From NCBI RefSeq assembly GCF_036365525.1, contig NC_090418.1, forward strand, positions 7,480,304 to 7,544,303: 64,000 nucleotides of DNA, in the 5' to 3' direction. This stretch comes from Heterodontus francisci. Lineage: Eukaryota. Positions 34,259-47,700 of the stretch are shown here, piece by piece (position 1 is the first letter of the stretch; each line of letters begins with the position of its first letter). The notes below the pieces were generated by a model, which saw nothing but the letters and a program-made list of their open reading frames with translations, had not been told where the DNA came from and did no database searches. Position numbers and translations under genes: made by a program.

Positions 34259-35429
34259 AACTAGCTGGGACAAAGAAGGAGAATTTTCTGGTGATACAGC
34301 ACTTCATGCGATCTTCTATTCTGACGAACACACTGCACCTGATAATTACTTCCTGTTCCTTACGAGAAGCCTGCCTCATTCCTCTAACAACCGCTAAAGA
34401 AACAATTGAGCAGGAATGAGGCCTCCAGAAATGCTAATCAGCAGCTAAATATGAAGGGAATTTGCCTCCCTCCATTGTGAGGTCCACCTAACAACAGCCT
34501 GGCTTTTTCACCACTTCCTCCCATTCACGGTGGATTAACCTTCTCAATGCCAACACTTAGACATGGTAAAGACTGGTAAATGATACGCAACTGGGAATTG
34601 CAGTAACTATAATTTCGGTACGGTCTTCAATATTCGGTTCCTACACACACACATATCTGCAACCTACTATTTCCACCATTGCAACAGCGATTTGGGACAA
34701 CCTGTGGCTCTGAAAGGCGCTATATAAATTCAATTCTTCTTTCCTTTTTCCAAAGGCCTCAGTGAACGGCATCGAGCACCCGTCACGGAAACAGGCCGTT
34801 CGGCGTTTTTGCTTCACACGAGCATTCCTCTCAATTCCTTTCTCCCTCATGCGTTTACCCGGCCTCCCCATAAATGTAACTACGTCACTCACCTCAACCA
34901 CACCCTGCGGTAGCCGGTTCCACATTCTCGCCCGCTCTCCGGCTAGACGTTTTTTTCTGAATTCCCTATTGGGCTTCTTATGAAGAGTGAACCGAAGCGG
35001 CGGCCATTTTGTACCTCTCGCACTAACAATTTGGCCGCTCAGGTCGTCTGACCGAGGGAGGAGTGTTGGCCCGGGACACGAGGTGAGCACCTCCAAATGG
35101 GAATATTAACGTCCACCTGATCGGGAACGACTCGGTTCAACATCTCATTGGACGGATGGTGAAGAAGGGTCAGAGTGAGACTTCTAGGCCTTAGAGGGAA
35201 AAGGGCCAATCCCAGCGCAGGCCTTGTACGATCTGCTGTAACTTACCTCCCGTATCCCTTCGCGATGAGCTCCATAAGAAAATCGACCACCCACCCCCTC
35301 CGACACCTTATCCCCCACCGCACTCCCCACCCCATCACCTCGATTTACTTTGTCGCCTGGCAGAGTTGGATTGAGGGGTGGAGCACCAGTGTAGTGATAG
35401 AGACGATAGGCTTGGATTTTATTGCAGAG

Positions 35430-35802
35430 CTCGCCCTCCCTATCTCTCTAAACCTCCTCCAGCCCCTCAACCCTCCGAGATCTCGGCCCTCCTCCAATTC
35501 CGGCCTCTTGCCCATCCCCCGACTCCCATCGCTCCGCCATTGGTGGCCGTGCCTTCAGCTGCCTGGGGCCCCAAACTCTGGAATTCCCTCCCTAAACCCT
35601 CTCCACCTCTCTCTCTCCTCCTTGAAGATGCTCCCTTAAAGCTGACCTCTATGACTGAGCTTTTGGACGCCTGTCACTAATATCTCCTTATGTGGCTCAG
35701 TGTTAAATTTTGTTTTATAACGCTCCTATGAAGCACCTTGGGATGTTTTATTAACATTAAAGGCACCATATAAATAGAAGACATTGTTGTTGCTATTGTT
35801 GT
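35430..35802 (+). mobile_element. L2-like LINE 3' end with (TTG)n tail
   Basis: Same family as 8285; ends AAAGGCACCATATAAATAGAAG..TTGTTGTTG. Confidence 0.8.
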
Positions 35803-36330
35803 TGTGCCCCCTCTCACACTAACGGGATCACACTGTGCCCCCTCTCACACTAATGGGATCACACTGTGCCCCCTCTCACACTAACGGGATCATACTGTGC
35901 CCCCTCTCACACTAACGGGATCACACTGTGCCCCCTCTCACGCTAATGGGATCACACTGTGCCCCCTCTCACGCTAATGGGATCACACTGTGCCCCCTCT
36001 CACACTAATGGGATCACACTGTGCCCCCTCTCACACTAACGGGATCATACTGTGCCCCCTCTCACACTAACGGGATCACACTGTGCCCCCTCTCACACTA
36101 ATGGGATCACACTGTGCCCCCTCTCACACTAACGGGATCACACTGTGCCCCCTCTCACACTAACGGGATCACACTGTGCCCCCTCTCACACTAACGGGAT
36201 CACACTGTGCCCCCTCTCACACTAATGGGATCACACTGTGCCCCCTCTCACACTAACGGGATCACACTGTGCCCCCTCTCACACTAATGGGATCACACTG
36301 TGCCCCCCCAACACTAACGGGATCACACGA
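35803..36330. repeat. 31-bp minisatellite (TGTGCCCCCTCTCACACTAACGGGATCACAC), ~17 copies
   Basis: Directly visible; begins right at the end of the L2 tail. Confidence 0.97.
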
Positions 36331-36456
36331 TGCCCCCCCCCCCCACTTCTCACATTAATGGGTACATGCGTCAGTACCTTGTCTGGCTTTGAACCTTGTC
36401 TGCGCCTCACAGAGTCCTCACAGCAGTCGGAGTTCAGAGAGAGAGGAAGCTCTCAC

Positions 36457-36511
36457 CTGCTCAGTTGCACGAACGTGAGTGAGGCCCGGGAGGCTCCTGA
36501 AAGCTTTTATA
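36457..36511 (-). promoter_or_regulatory. TATA/Inr core promoter and ~24-nt non-coding exon 1 of the PLAC8/cornifelin-like gene
   Basis: Minus strand TATAAAAG 36511-36504, initiator TCACTC with A at 36480 (31 nt downstream), donor CAG|GTGAGA after 36457. The coding exon at 31464 needs an upstream 5'-UTR exon. Confidence 0.7.
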
Positions 36512-37913
36512 CAGCGAGAATTGTTTGTAGTTTTGCTTTCAGGCAACGCACAACAAAGTGTTATTTTAACCCTCGCCTGCCCGGAGGCCTGCCGGTGCTA
36601 CCTGGGGACTGTTTGCTCTCAACAGGTTCACTCTGACAGGGCAGGAACTTCCACTGGGGCCTGGCCCCGTCTTTCTACTGAAGGTGGTCACAAGGGCCGT
36701 ATTTGGCCGGGCTAACATGCACTCAATGGGCCGTTTGGTCTCCTTCTCTGACGTAATGACTCCAATGGTTGGGGTACAGTCGGAGTTTGGTTTGGGTACT
36801 GTTGGGGTATATTTGGGGTATGTTTGGTGCACCGATTGGAGTCTACGACTACAGCGTGACATAATTGTACGAGGAAAGTTGACATAGCAATACACAATGG
36901 TAAATGTTGATGAAAGTCATTACAAATGTGGATCCACAATTCTTATGTGCTTATTTTCCTATTTTCTTTTGTGCGACACTTGACAGCACCCTCCAGAATC
37001 TGAGCCATCATTCTTCATGCACCGAGCTCCGAGGGTAGACCATTGGGCTGTGGCGTGCATCACAATAGAGCTTGATCTCGTCCTGGCCCGAAGCCAGCGA
37101 TCGGGATTGGGTGGGAACCCTGGGGCAATGACCCCCCTCCATGCCGCAGGCCGAGGGAAGGCTGAGGTTATTTGTGGGAACTCCTTCCGCCTCCTAGACG
37201 GAGTTGACATCGAGCCTGGGATCTTCAGCCAAGTAATAAACCAGGAGGCTCAGTTTCCTGTTTAACCACTGGGAGGCGGTCACGCAAAGGCCTAATTGCT
37301 GCTATTTTGGGGAGTTAAACGGGGAACTGGCAGGCACAGACTCTTTTTTTTTTCCATTGAAAACAATAGCTCTTTCTGACCTGTTTCAACTGATACTCAT
37401 TGGGATTATATGTGTGGACAGTACCAATGGAATGTGGTAAAACCTGCCTTGTCATTTCCTCATATGGTGATTTGATTCTCCTGGCAATTAGACATCCTTT
37501 GGCATTGTGTTTCGTAGTACTGGATACATAGGGAGCCTATCTGCCTGAGTCATAATGAAACATGGGTGTTGGGAAAGGGGTGTAGAGACCGCCTTCCAAA
37601 TTACACCTTCTGTGCAACTCAGCTCATCCAAAACTCAACTACCCGCAGCCTAATTGGCACCAGTCCCACTCACATGTGCTTGCTGACCGAAATTATCTCC
37701 TGGTTCATCAATTGTAGCATCCCTGCTGTTCAGCTCTGCCCACGGCCTCAATCCCTCCCTACCTCTGTAACCCTCCTCCAGCCCTACGACCCTCTGAGAT
37801 CTCAGCGCTCCTCCAACTGTGGCCTCCTGGAATTTAACCGCTCCAGCACTTGCGGACTCGCCTTCAGCTGCCTCGGCCCCCAAGTTCTGGAATTTCCTCC
37901 CTACCCTCTACCC

Positions 37914-37946
<33 letters not shown>

Positions 37947-38787
37947 CCTCTCACTCGTCCTTGAAGACTTTCCTTATACTCAACCAGTGTGCGTGGGGAT
38001 TGCGAGTCACGATTGCCCCACGTCTGATGGACGGACGCAAACTCTTTCCTGATGAGCTCCACGATCGCGGCCCTGAGCTGAGCGCGCCCAGCTTGAGGCC
38101 CACATTCATGCGAGGCGAGCCCCAATTAAAGCCGCCCTGCGCCTCTTAAAGGGGACGGGGCAGGTGTTGGACCTGACTGGGAAAAGCTTTCTGAGCAGCA
38201 GGCCAGAAATAGAGAGAGAGAGAGAGAGAGAGAGAGCTCCTGGGTTCTCGGATGCAGTGCCGGAGGCCTCAGTGCAGGCGGCGGCAGAGGAGGAGGCCCT
38301 CGCGAAGGGAGCAGATAGCCATGGGACGTCCTGGGGTCGTGACAGGCGCTACAGAAATGCAGCCTGCTACCTTCTTGTTCGGATATCAGAGGCCGCAGGG
38401 TTTTACCGAACACCGTGACGATGTGACAAATGTAGACGACAGGTTATCTCAGCGAGAGGGACCGTGCGACACAGTGTAAACCTGATCCTTTCTGTCATTA
38501 ACTCGAGGCTTTTCAAAGCTGAGTCGCTTGAATGATCCAATAATAATAGTTGCCCCAGCAACGTGGCAGCAACAACATCAGATGAACATTGGATATCGGT
38601 CAAACAGGTCCTGGCAAACCACGATAGGCACTCACAGGCTCATGGGCACATGCCCTGTGAGGGCATCAGGAGCAAATACAATCACAGGTTACCAATTCTG
38701 AGGGGTCTTTAAGGGGAATCAGAAATGTTCAGGTGCCCAGAGCACAGGATACATTCGATGCTGGAACCTCAGGGTCCAGCATAACGC

Positions 38788-41700
38788 CAGGAGTGTGTCA
38801 GTATTTACAGGGGGGTCACCGGGAGTGTGTCAATATTTACAGGGGGGTCACCAGGAGTGTGTCAGTATTTACAGGGGGGTCACCGGGAGTGTGTCAGTAT
38901 TTACAGGGGGGTCACCGGGAGTGTGTCAATATTTACAGGGGGGTCACCGGGAGTGTGTCAATATTTACAGGGGGGTCACCAGGAGTGTGTCAGTATTTAC
39001 AGGGGGGTCACCGGGAGTGTGTCAATATTTACAGGGGGGTCACCAGGAGTGTGTCAGTATTTACAGGGGGGTCACCGGGAGTGTGTCAATATTTACAGGG
39101 GGGTCACCGGGAGTGTGTCAATATTTACAGGGGGGTCACCAGGAGTGTGTCAGTATTTACAGGGGGGTCACCGGGAGTGTGTCAATATTTACAGGGGGGT
39201 CACCGGGAGTGTGTCAATATTTACAGGGGGGTCACCGGGAGTGTGTCAATATTTACAGGGGGGTCACCAGGAGTGTGTCAATATTTACAGGGGGGTCACC
39301 GGGAGTGTGTCAGTATTTACAGGGGGGTCCCAGGGAGTGTGTCAATATTTACAGGGGGGTCACCAGGAGTGTGTCAGTATTTACAGGGGGGTCACCGGGA
39401 GTGTGTCAGTATTTACAGGGGGGTCACCGGGAGTGTGTCAGTATTTACAGGGGGGTCACTGGGAGTGTGTCAATATTTACAGGGGGGTCACCGGGAGTGT
39501 GTCAATATTTACAGGGGGGTCACCAGGAGTGTGTCAATATTTACAGGGGGGTCACCGGGAGTGTGTCAGTATTTACAGGGGGGTCCCAGGGAGTGTGTCA
39601 ATATTTACAGGGGGGTCACCAGGAGTGTGTCAGTATTTACAGGGGGGTCACCGGGAGTGTGTCAGTATTTACAGGGGGGTCACTGGGAGTGTGTCAATAT
39701 TTACAGGGGGGTCACCAGGAGTGTGTCAATATTTACAGGGGGGTCACCGGGAGTGTGTCAGTATTTACAGGGGGGTCCCAGGGAGTGTGTCAATATTTAC
39801 AGGGGGGGTCACCGGGAGTGAGTCAATATTTACAGGGGGGTCCCAGGGAGTGTGTCAGTATTTACAGGGGGTCCCCGGGAGTGTGTCAGTATTTACAGGG
39901 GGGGTCACCGGGAGTGTGTCAGTATTTACAGGGGGGTGCCCGGGAGTGTGTCAGTATTTACAGGGGGGTGCCCGGGAGTGTGTCAATATTTACAGGGGAG
40001 TCACCGGGAGTGTGTCAATATGTACAGGGGGGTCACCGGGAGTGTGTCAATATTTACAGGGGGGTGCCTGGGAATGTGTCAGTATTTACAGGGGGGTGCC
40101 CGGGAGTGTGTCAGTATTTACAGGGGGGTCACTGGGAGTGTGTCAATATTTACAGGGGGGTGCCCGGGAGTGTGTCAATATTTACAGGGGGGTCACCGGG
40201 AGTGTGTCAGTATTTACAAGGTGTCCCCGGGAGTGTGTCAGTATTTACAGGGGGGCCACCAGGAGTGTGCCAGTATTTACAGGGGGGCCACCGGGAGTGT
40301 GTCAGTATTTACAGGGGGGTGCCCGGGAGTGTGTCAGTATTTACAGGGGGGTGCCCGGGAGTGTGTCAGTATTTACAGGGGGGTCACCGGGAGTGTGTCA
40401 ATATTTACAGGGGGGTGCCCGGGAGTGTGTCAGTATTTACAGGGGGGTCACCGGGAGTGTGTCAATATGTACAGGGGGGTCACTGGGAGTGTGTCAGTAT
40501 GTACAGGGGGGTCACCGGGAGTGTGTCAATATTTACAGGGGGGTCACCGGGAGTGCGTCAGTATTTACAGGGGGGTCACCGGCAATGTGTCAATATTTAC
40601 AGGGGGGTCACCAGGAGTGTGTCAATATTTACAGGGGGGTCACCGGGAGTTGTCAGTATTTACAGGGGGGTCCCAGGGAGTGTGTCAATATTTACAGGGG
40701 GGGTCATCGGGAGTGTGTCAATATTTACAGGGGGTCACCAGGAGTGTGTCAGTATTTAAAGGGGGGTCACCGGGAGTGTGTCAATATTTACAGGGGGGTC
40801 ACCGGGAGTGTGTCAGTCTTTACAGGGGGGGTCACCAGGAGTGTGTCAGTATTTACATGGGGGTCACCGGGAGTGTCAGTATTTACAGGGTGTCCCCGGG
40901 AGTGTGTCAATATTTACAGGGGGGTCACCGGGAGTGTGTCAATATTTACAGGGGGGTCCCCGGGAGTGTGTCAGTATTTACAGTGGGTCGTCGGGAGTTT
41001 GTCAGTATTTACAGGGGGTCTCCGGGGAGTGTGTCAGTATCTACAGGGGCTCACCGGGAGTGTGTCGGTATTTACAGGGTTGTCCCTGGGATTGTGTCAG
41101 TATTTACAGGGGGTCCCGGGGAGTGTGTCAGTATTTACAGTGGGTCGTCGGGAGTGTGTCAGTATTTACAGGGGGTCCCCGGGGAGTGTGTCAATATTTA
41201 CAGGGGGGACACCGGGAGTGTGTCAATATTTACAGGGGGTCCTGGGGAGTGTGTCACTATTTACAGGGGGTCCCCGGGAGTGTGTCAGTATTTACAGTGG
41301 GTCGTCGGGAGTGTGTCAGTATTTACAGGGGGTCCCCGGGTAGTGTGTCAATATTTACAGGGGGGACACCGGGAGTGTGTCAATATTTACAGGGGGGTGC
41401 CCGGGAGTGTGTCAGTATTTACAGGGGGGTGCCCGGGAGTGTGTCAATATTTACAGGGGAGTCACCGGGAGTGTGTCAATATGTACAGGGGGGTCACCGG
41501 GAGTGTGTCAATATTTACAGGGGGGTGCCCGGGAATGTGTCAGTATTTACAGGGGGGTGCCCGGGAGTGTGTCAGTATTTACAGGGGGGTCACCGGGAGT
41601 GTGTCAATATTTACAGGGGGGTGCCCGGGAGTGTGTCAATATTTACAGGGGGGTCACCGGGAGTGTGTCAGTATTTACAAGGTGTCCCCGGGAGTGTGTC

Positions 41701-44700
41701 AGTATTTACAGGGGGGCAACCAGAAGTGTGCCAGTATTTACAGGGGGGCCACCGGGAGTGTGTCAGTATTTACAGGGGGGTGCCCGGGATTGTGTCAGTA
41801 TTTACAGGGGGGTGCCTGGGAGTGTGTCAGTATTTACAGGGGGGTCACCGGGAGTGTGTCAATATTTACAGGGGGGTCACCGGGAGTGTGTCAGTATTTA
41901 CAGGGGGGTCACCGGGAGTGTGTCAATATGTACAGGGGGGTCACTGGGAGTGTGTCAATATGTACAGGGGGGTCACGGGGAGTGTGTCAATATTTACAGG
42001 GGGGTCACCGGGAGTGCGTCAGTATTTACAGGGGGGTCACCGGCAATGTGTCAATATTTACAGGGGGGTCACCAGGAGTGTGTCAATATTTACAGGGGGG
42101 TCACCGGGAGTGTGTCAGTATTTACAGGGGGGTCACCGGGAGTGTGTCAATATTTACAGGGGGGGTCATCGGGAGTGTGTCAATATTTACAGGGGGTCAC
42201 CAGGAGTGTGTCAGTATTTAAAGGGGGGTCACCGGGAGTGTGTCAATATTTACAGGGGGGTCAACGGGAGTGTGTCAGTCTTTACAGGGGGGGTCACCAG
42301 GAGTGTGTCAGTATTTACATGGGGGTCACCGGGAGTGTCAGTATTTACAGGGTGTCCCCGGGAGTGTGTCAATATTTACAGGGGGGTCACCGGGAGTGTG
42401 TCAATATTTACAGGGGGGTCCCCGGGAGTGTGTCAGTATTTACAGTGGGTCGTCGGGAGTTTGTCAGTATTTACAGGGGGTCTCCGGGGAGTGTGTCAGT
42501 ATCTACAGGGGCTCACCGGGAGTGTGTCAGTATCTACAGGGGGTCCCCGGGAGTGTGTCGGTATTTACAGGGTTGTCCCTGGGATTGTGTCAGTATTTAC
42601 AGGGGGTCCCGGGGAGTGTGTCAATATTTACAGGAGGGACACCGGGAGTGTGTCAATATTTACAGGGGGTCCTGGGGAGTGTGTCACTATTTACAGTGGG
42701 TCGTCGGGAGTGTGTCAGTATTTACAGGGGGTCCCCGGGGAGTGTGTCAATATTTACAGGAGGGACACCGGGAGTGTGTCAATATTTACAGGGGGTCCTG
42801 GGGAGTGTGTCACTATTTACAGGGGGTCCCCGGGAGTGTGTCAGTATTTACAGTGGGTCGTCGGGAGTGTGTCAATATTTACAGGGGGGGCACCGGGAGT
42901 GTGTCAAAATTTACAGGGGGGTCCCCGGGAGTGTGTCAATATTTATAGGGGGGTCCCGGGAGTGTGTCAATATTTACAGGGGGCTCACCGGGAGTGTGTC
43001 AACATTTACAGGGGGGTCACCGGGAGTGTGTCAGTATTTACAGGGGGTCCCCGGGAGTGTGTCAGTATTTACAGTGGGTCGTCGGGAGTGTGTCAGTATT
43101 TACAGGGGGTCTCCGGGGAGTGTGTCATTATTTACAGGAGGGACACCGGGAGTGTGTCAATATTTACAGGGGGTCCTGGGGAGTGTGTCACTATTTACAG
43201 GGGGTCCCCGGGATTGTGTCAGTATTTACAGTGGGTCGTCGGGAGTTTGTCAGTATTTACAGGGTGTCTCCGGGGAGTGTGTCAGTATTCACAGGGTTGT
43301 CCCCATTGTGTGTCAGTATCTACAGGGGGTCCCCGGGAGTGTGTCAGTATTTACAGGGTTGTCCCTGAGAGTGTGTCAGTATTTACAGTGGGTCGTCGGG
43401 AGTGTATCAGTACTTACAGGGGATCCCCGGGAGTGTGTCAGTATTTACAGGGGGTCCCGGGGAGTGTGTCAGTATTTACAGGGTTGTCCCTGGGATTGTG
43501 TCAGTATTTACAGGGGGTCCTCGGGAGTGTCAGTATTTGCAGGGGAACCCCGGGAGTGTGTCGGTATTTACAGGGGGTCCCCGGGAGTGTGTCAGTATTT
43601 ACAGGGGATCCCCGGGAGTGTGTCAGTATTTGCAGGGGATCCACGGGAGTGTGTCAGTATTTACAGGGGGTCCCCGGGAGTGTGTCGGTATTTACAGTGG
43701 GTCGTCGGGAGTGTGTCAGTATTTACAGGGGGTCCCCGGGAGTGTGTCAGTATTTACAGGGGGTCCCCGGGGAGTGTGTCAGTATTTACAGGGGGTCCTC
43801 GGGGATGTGTCAGTATTTACAGGGGGGTCACCGGGAGTGTGTCAGTATTCAAAGGGGGTCCCCGGGAGTGTGTCAGTATTTACAGGGGGTCCCCGAGAGT
43901 GTGTCAATATTTACAGGGGGGTCACCGGGAGTGTGTCAATATTTACAGGGGGGTCACCAGGAGTGTGTCAATATTTACAGGGGGGTCACCGGGAGTGTGT
44001 CAGTATTTACAGGGGGGTCACCGGGAGTGTGTCAGTATTTACAGGGGGGTCACCGGGAGTGTGTCAGTATTTACAGGGGGGTCACCAGGAGTGTGTCAAT
44101 ATTTACAGGGGGGTCCCCGAGAGTGTGTCAGTATTTACAGGGGAGTCACCGGGAGTGTGTCAATATTTACAGGGGGGTCACCAGGAGTGTGTCAATATTT
44201 ACAGGGGGGTCACCGGGAGTGTGTCAGTATTTACAGGGGGGTCACCGGGAGTGTGTCAGTATTTACAGGGGGGTCACCGGGAGTGTGTCAGTATTTACAG
44301 GGGGGCCACTGGGAGTGTGTCAGTATTTACAGAGGGGCCACCGGGAGTGTGTCAGTATTTACAGGGGGGTGCCCGGGAGTGTGTCAATATTTACAGGGGG
44401 GTCACCGGGAGTGTGTCAATATTTACAGGGGGGAGCCCGGGAGTGTGTCAATATTTACAGGGGGGTCACCGGGAGTGTGTCAATCTTTACAGGGGAGTCA
44501 CCGGGAGTGTGTCAATGTTTACAGGGGCGTCACCAGGAGTGTGTCAATATTTACAGGGGGGTCACAGGGAGTGTGTCAGTATTTACCGAGTGGTCCCAGG
44601 GAGTGTGTCAATATTTACAGGGGGGGTCACCGGGAGTGTGTCAGTATTTACAGGGGGGTCCCCGGGAGTGTGTCAGTATTTACAGGGGGTCCCCGGGAGT

Positions 44701-47700
44701 GTGTCAGTATTCACAGGGTTGTCCCCATTGTGTGTCAGTATCTACAGGGGGTCCCCGGGAGTGTGTCGGTATTTACAGGGTTGTCCCTGGGATTGTGTCA
44801 GTATTTACAGGGGGTCCCGTGGGGTGTGTCAGTATTTACAGGGTTGTCCCTGGGATTGTGTCAGTATTTACAGGGGGTCCCGTGGGGTGTGTCAGTATTT
44901 ACAGGGGGTCCTCGGGAGTGTGTCAGTATTTACAGGGTTGTCCCTGGGAATGTGTCAGTATTTACAGGGGGTCCCGGGGAGTGTGTCAGTACTTACAGGG
45001 GATCCCCGGGAGTGTGTCAGTATTTACAGGGGGTCCTCGGGAGTGTGTCAGTATTTACAGGGTTGTCCCTGGGATTGTGTCAGTATTTACAGGGGGTCCT
45101 CGGGAGTGTCAGTATTTGCAGGGGAACCCCGGGAGTGTGTCGGTATTTACAGGGGGTCCCCGGGAGTGTGTCAGTATTTACAGTGGGTAGTCGGGAGTGT
45201 GTCAGTATTTACACGGGGTCTCCGGGGAGTGTGTCAGTACTTACAGGGGATCCCCGGGAGTGTGTCAGTATTTACAGGGTTGTCCCCATTGTGTGTCAGT
45301 ATCTACAGGGGCTCACCGGCAGTATGTCAGTATTTACTGAGGGTCCTTGGGAATGTGTCAGAATTTACAGGCTGGTCCCCGGGAGTCTGTCAGTATCTAC
45401 AGGGGGTCCTCAGGAGTGTGTCGGTATTTACAGGGTTGTCCCTGGGATTGTGTCAGTATTTACAGGGGGTCTTCGGGAGTGTGTCAGTATTTACAGGGTT
45501 GTCCCTGGGAATGTGTCAGTATTTACAGGGGGTCCCGGGGAGTGTGTCAGTATTTACAGGGGGTCCTCGGGAGTGTGTCAGTATTTACAGGGTTGTCCCT
45601 GGGAATGTGTCAGTATTTACAGGGGGTCCCGGGGAGTGTGTCAGTATTTACAGGGGGTCCTCGGGAGTGTGTCAGTATTTACAGGGTTGGCCCTGGGATT
45701 GTGTCAGTATTTACAGGGGGTCCCGGGGAGTGTGTCAGTATTTACAGGGGGTCCTCGGGAGTGTGTCAGTATTTACAGGGTTGTCCCTGGGATTGTGTCA
45801 GTATTTACAGGGGGTCCCGGGGAGTGTGTCAGTATTTACAGGGGATCCCCGGGAGTGTGTCAGTATTTACAGGGGGTCCTCGGGAGTGTGTCAGTATTTG
45901 CAGGGGAACCCCGGGAGTGTGTCAGTATTTGCAGGGGATCCCCGGGAGTGTGTCAGTATTTACAGGGGGTCCCCGGGGAGTGTGTCAGTATTTACAGGGG
46001 GTCCTCGGGGATGTGTCAGTATTTACAGGGGGTCCTCGGGGAGTGTGTCAGTATTTACAGGGGGTCCCCAGGAGTGTGTCAGTATTTACAGGGGGTCCCC
46101 GGGGAGTGTGTCAGTATTTACAGGGGGTCCTCGGGGATGTGTCAGTATTTACAGGGGGGTCACCGGGAGTGTGTCAGTATTCAAAGGGTGTCCCCGGGAG
46201 TGTGTCAGTATTTACAGGGGGTCCCCGAGAGTGTGTCAGTATTTACAGGGGGGTCACCGGGAGTGTGTCAATATTTACAGGGGGGTCACCAGGAGTGTGT
46301 CAATATTTACAGGGGGGTCACCAGGAGTGTGTCAGTATTTACAGGGGGGTCACCGGGAGTGTGTCAGTATTTACAGGGGGGTCACTGGGAGTGTGTCAAT
46401 ATTTACAGGGGGGTCACCAGGAGTGTGTCTATATTTACAGGGGGGTCACCGGGAGTGTGTCAGTATTTACAGGGGGGTCCCAGGGAGTGTGTCAATATTT
46501 ACAGGGGGGGTCTCCGGGAGTGAGTCAATATTTACAGGGGGGTCCCAGGGAGTGTGTCAGTATTTACAGGGGGTCCCCGGGAGTGTGTCAGTATTTACAG
46601 GGGGGGTCACCGGGAGTGTGTCAGTATTTACAGGGGGGTGCCCGGGAATGTGTCAGTATTTACAGGGGGGTGCCCGGGAGTGTGTCAGTATTTACAGGGG
46701 GGTCACCGGGAGTGTGTCAATATGTACAGGGGGGTCACCGGGAGTGTTTCAATATTTACAGGGGGGTGCCCGGGAATGTGTCAGTATTTACAGGGGGGTG
46801 CCCGGGAGTGTGTCAGTATTTACAGGGGGGTCACCGGGAGTGTGTCAATATTTACAGGGGGGTGCCCGGGAGTGTGTCAATATTTACAGGGGGGTCACCG
46901 GGAGTGTGTCAGTATTTACAAGGTGTCCCCGGGAGTGTGTCAGTATTTACAGGGGGGCCACCAGGAGTGTGCCAGTATTTACAGGGGGGCCACCGGGAGT
47001 GTGTCAGTATTTACAGGGGGGTGCCCGGGAGTGTGTCAGTATTTACAGGGGGGTGCCCGGGAGTGTGTCAGTATTTACAGGGGGGTCACCGGGAGTGTGT
47101 CAATATTTACAGGGGGGTCACCGGGAGTGTGTCAGTATTTACAGGGGGGTCACCGGGAGTTTGTCAATATGTACAGGGGGGTCACTGGGAGTGTGTCAAT
47201 ATGTACAGGGGGGTCACCGGGAGTGCGTCAGTATTTACAGGGGGGTCACCGGCAATGTGTCAATATTTACAGGGGGGTCACCAGGAGTGTGTCAATATTT
47301 ACAGGGGGGTCACCGGGAGTGTGTCAGTATTTACAGGGGGGTCCCAGGGAGTGTGTCAATATTTACAGGGGGGGTCATCGGGAGTGTGTCAATATTTACA
47401 GGGGGTCACCAGGAGTGTGTCAGTATTTACAGGGGGGTCACCGGGAGTGTGTCAATATTTACAGGGGGGACACCAGGAGTGTGTCAATATTTACAGGGGG
47501 GTCACCGGGAGTGTGTCAGTATTTAAAGGGGGGTCCCAGCGAGTGTGTCAATACTTACAGGGGGGGTCACCAGGAGTGTGTCAGTATTTACAGGGGGGCC
47601 ACCGGGAGTGTGTCAGTATTTACAGGGGGGTCACCGGGAGTGTGTCAGTATTCAAAGGGGGTCCCCGGGAGTGTGTCAGTATTTACAGGGGGTCCCCGAG

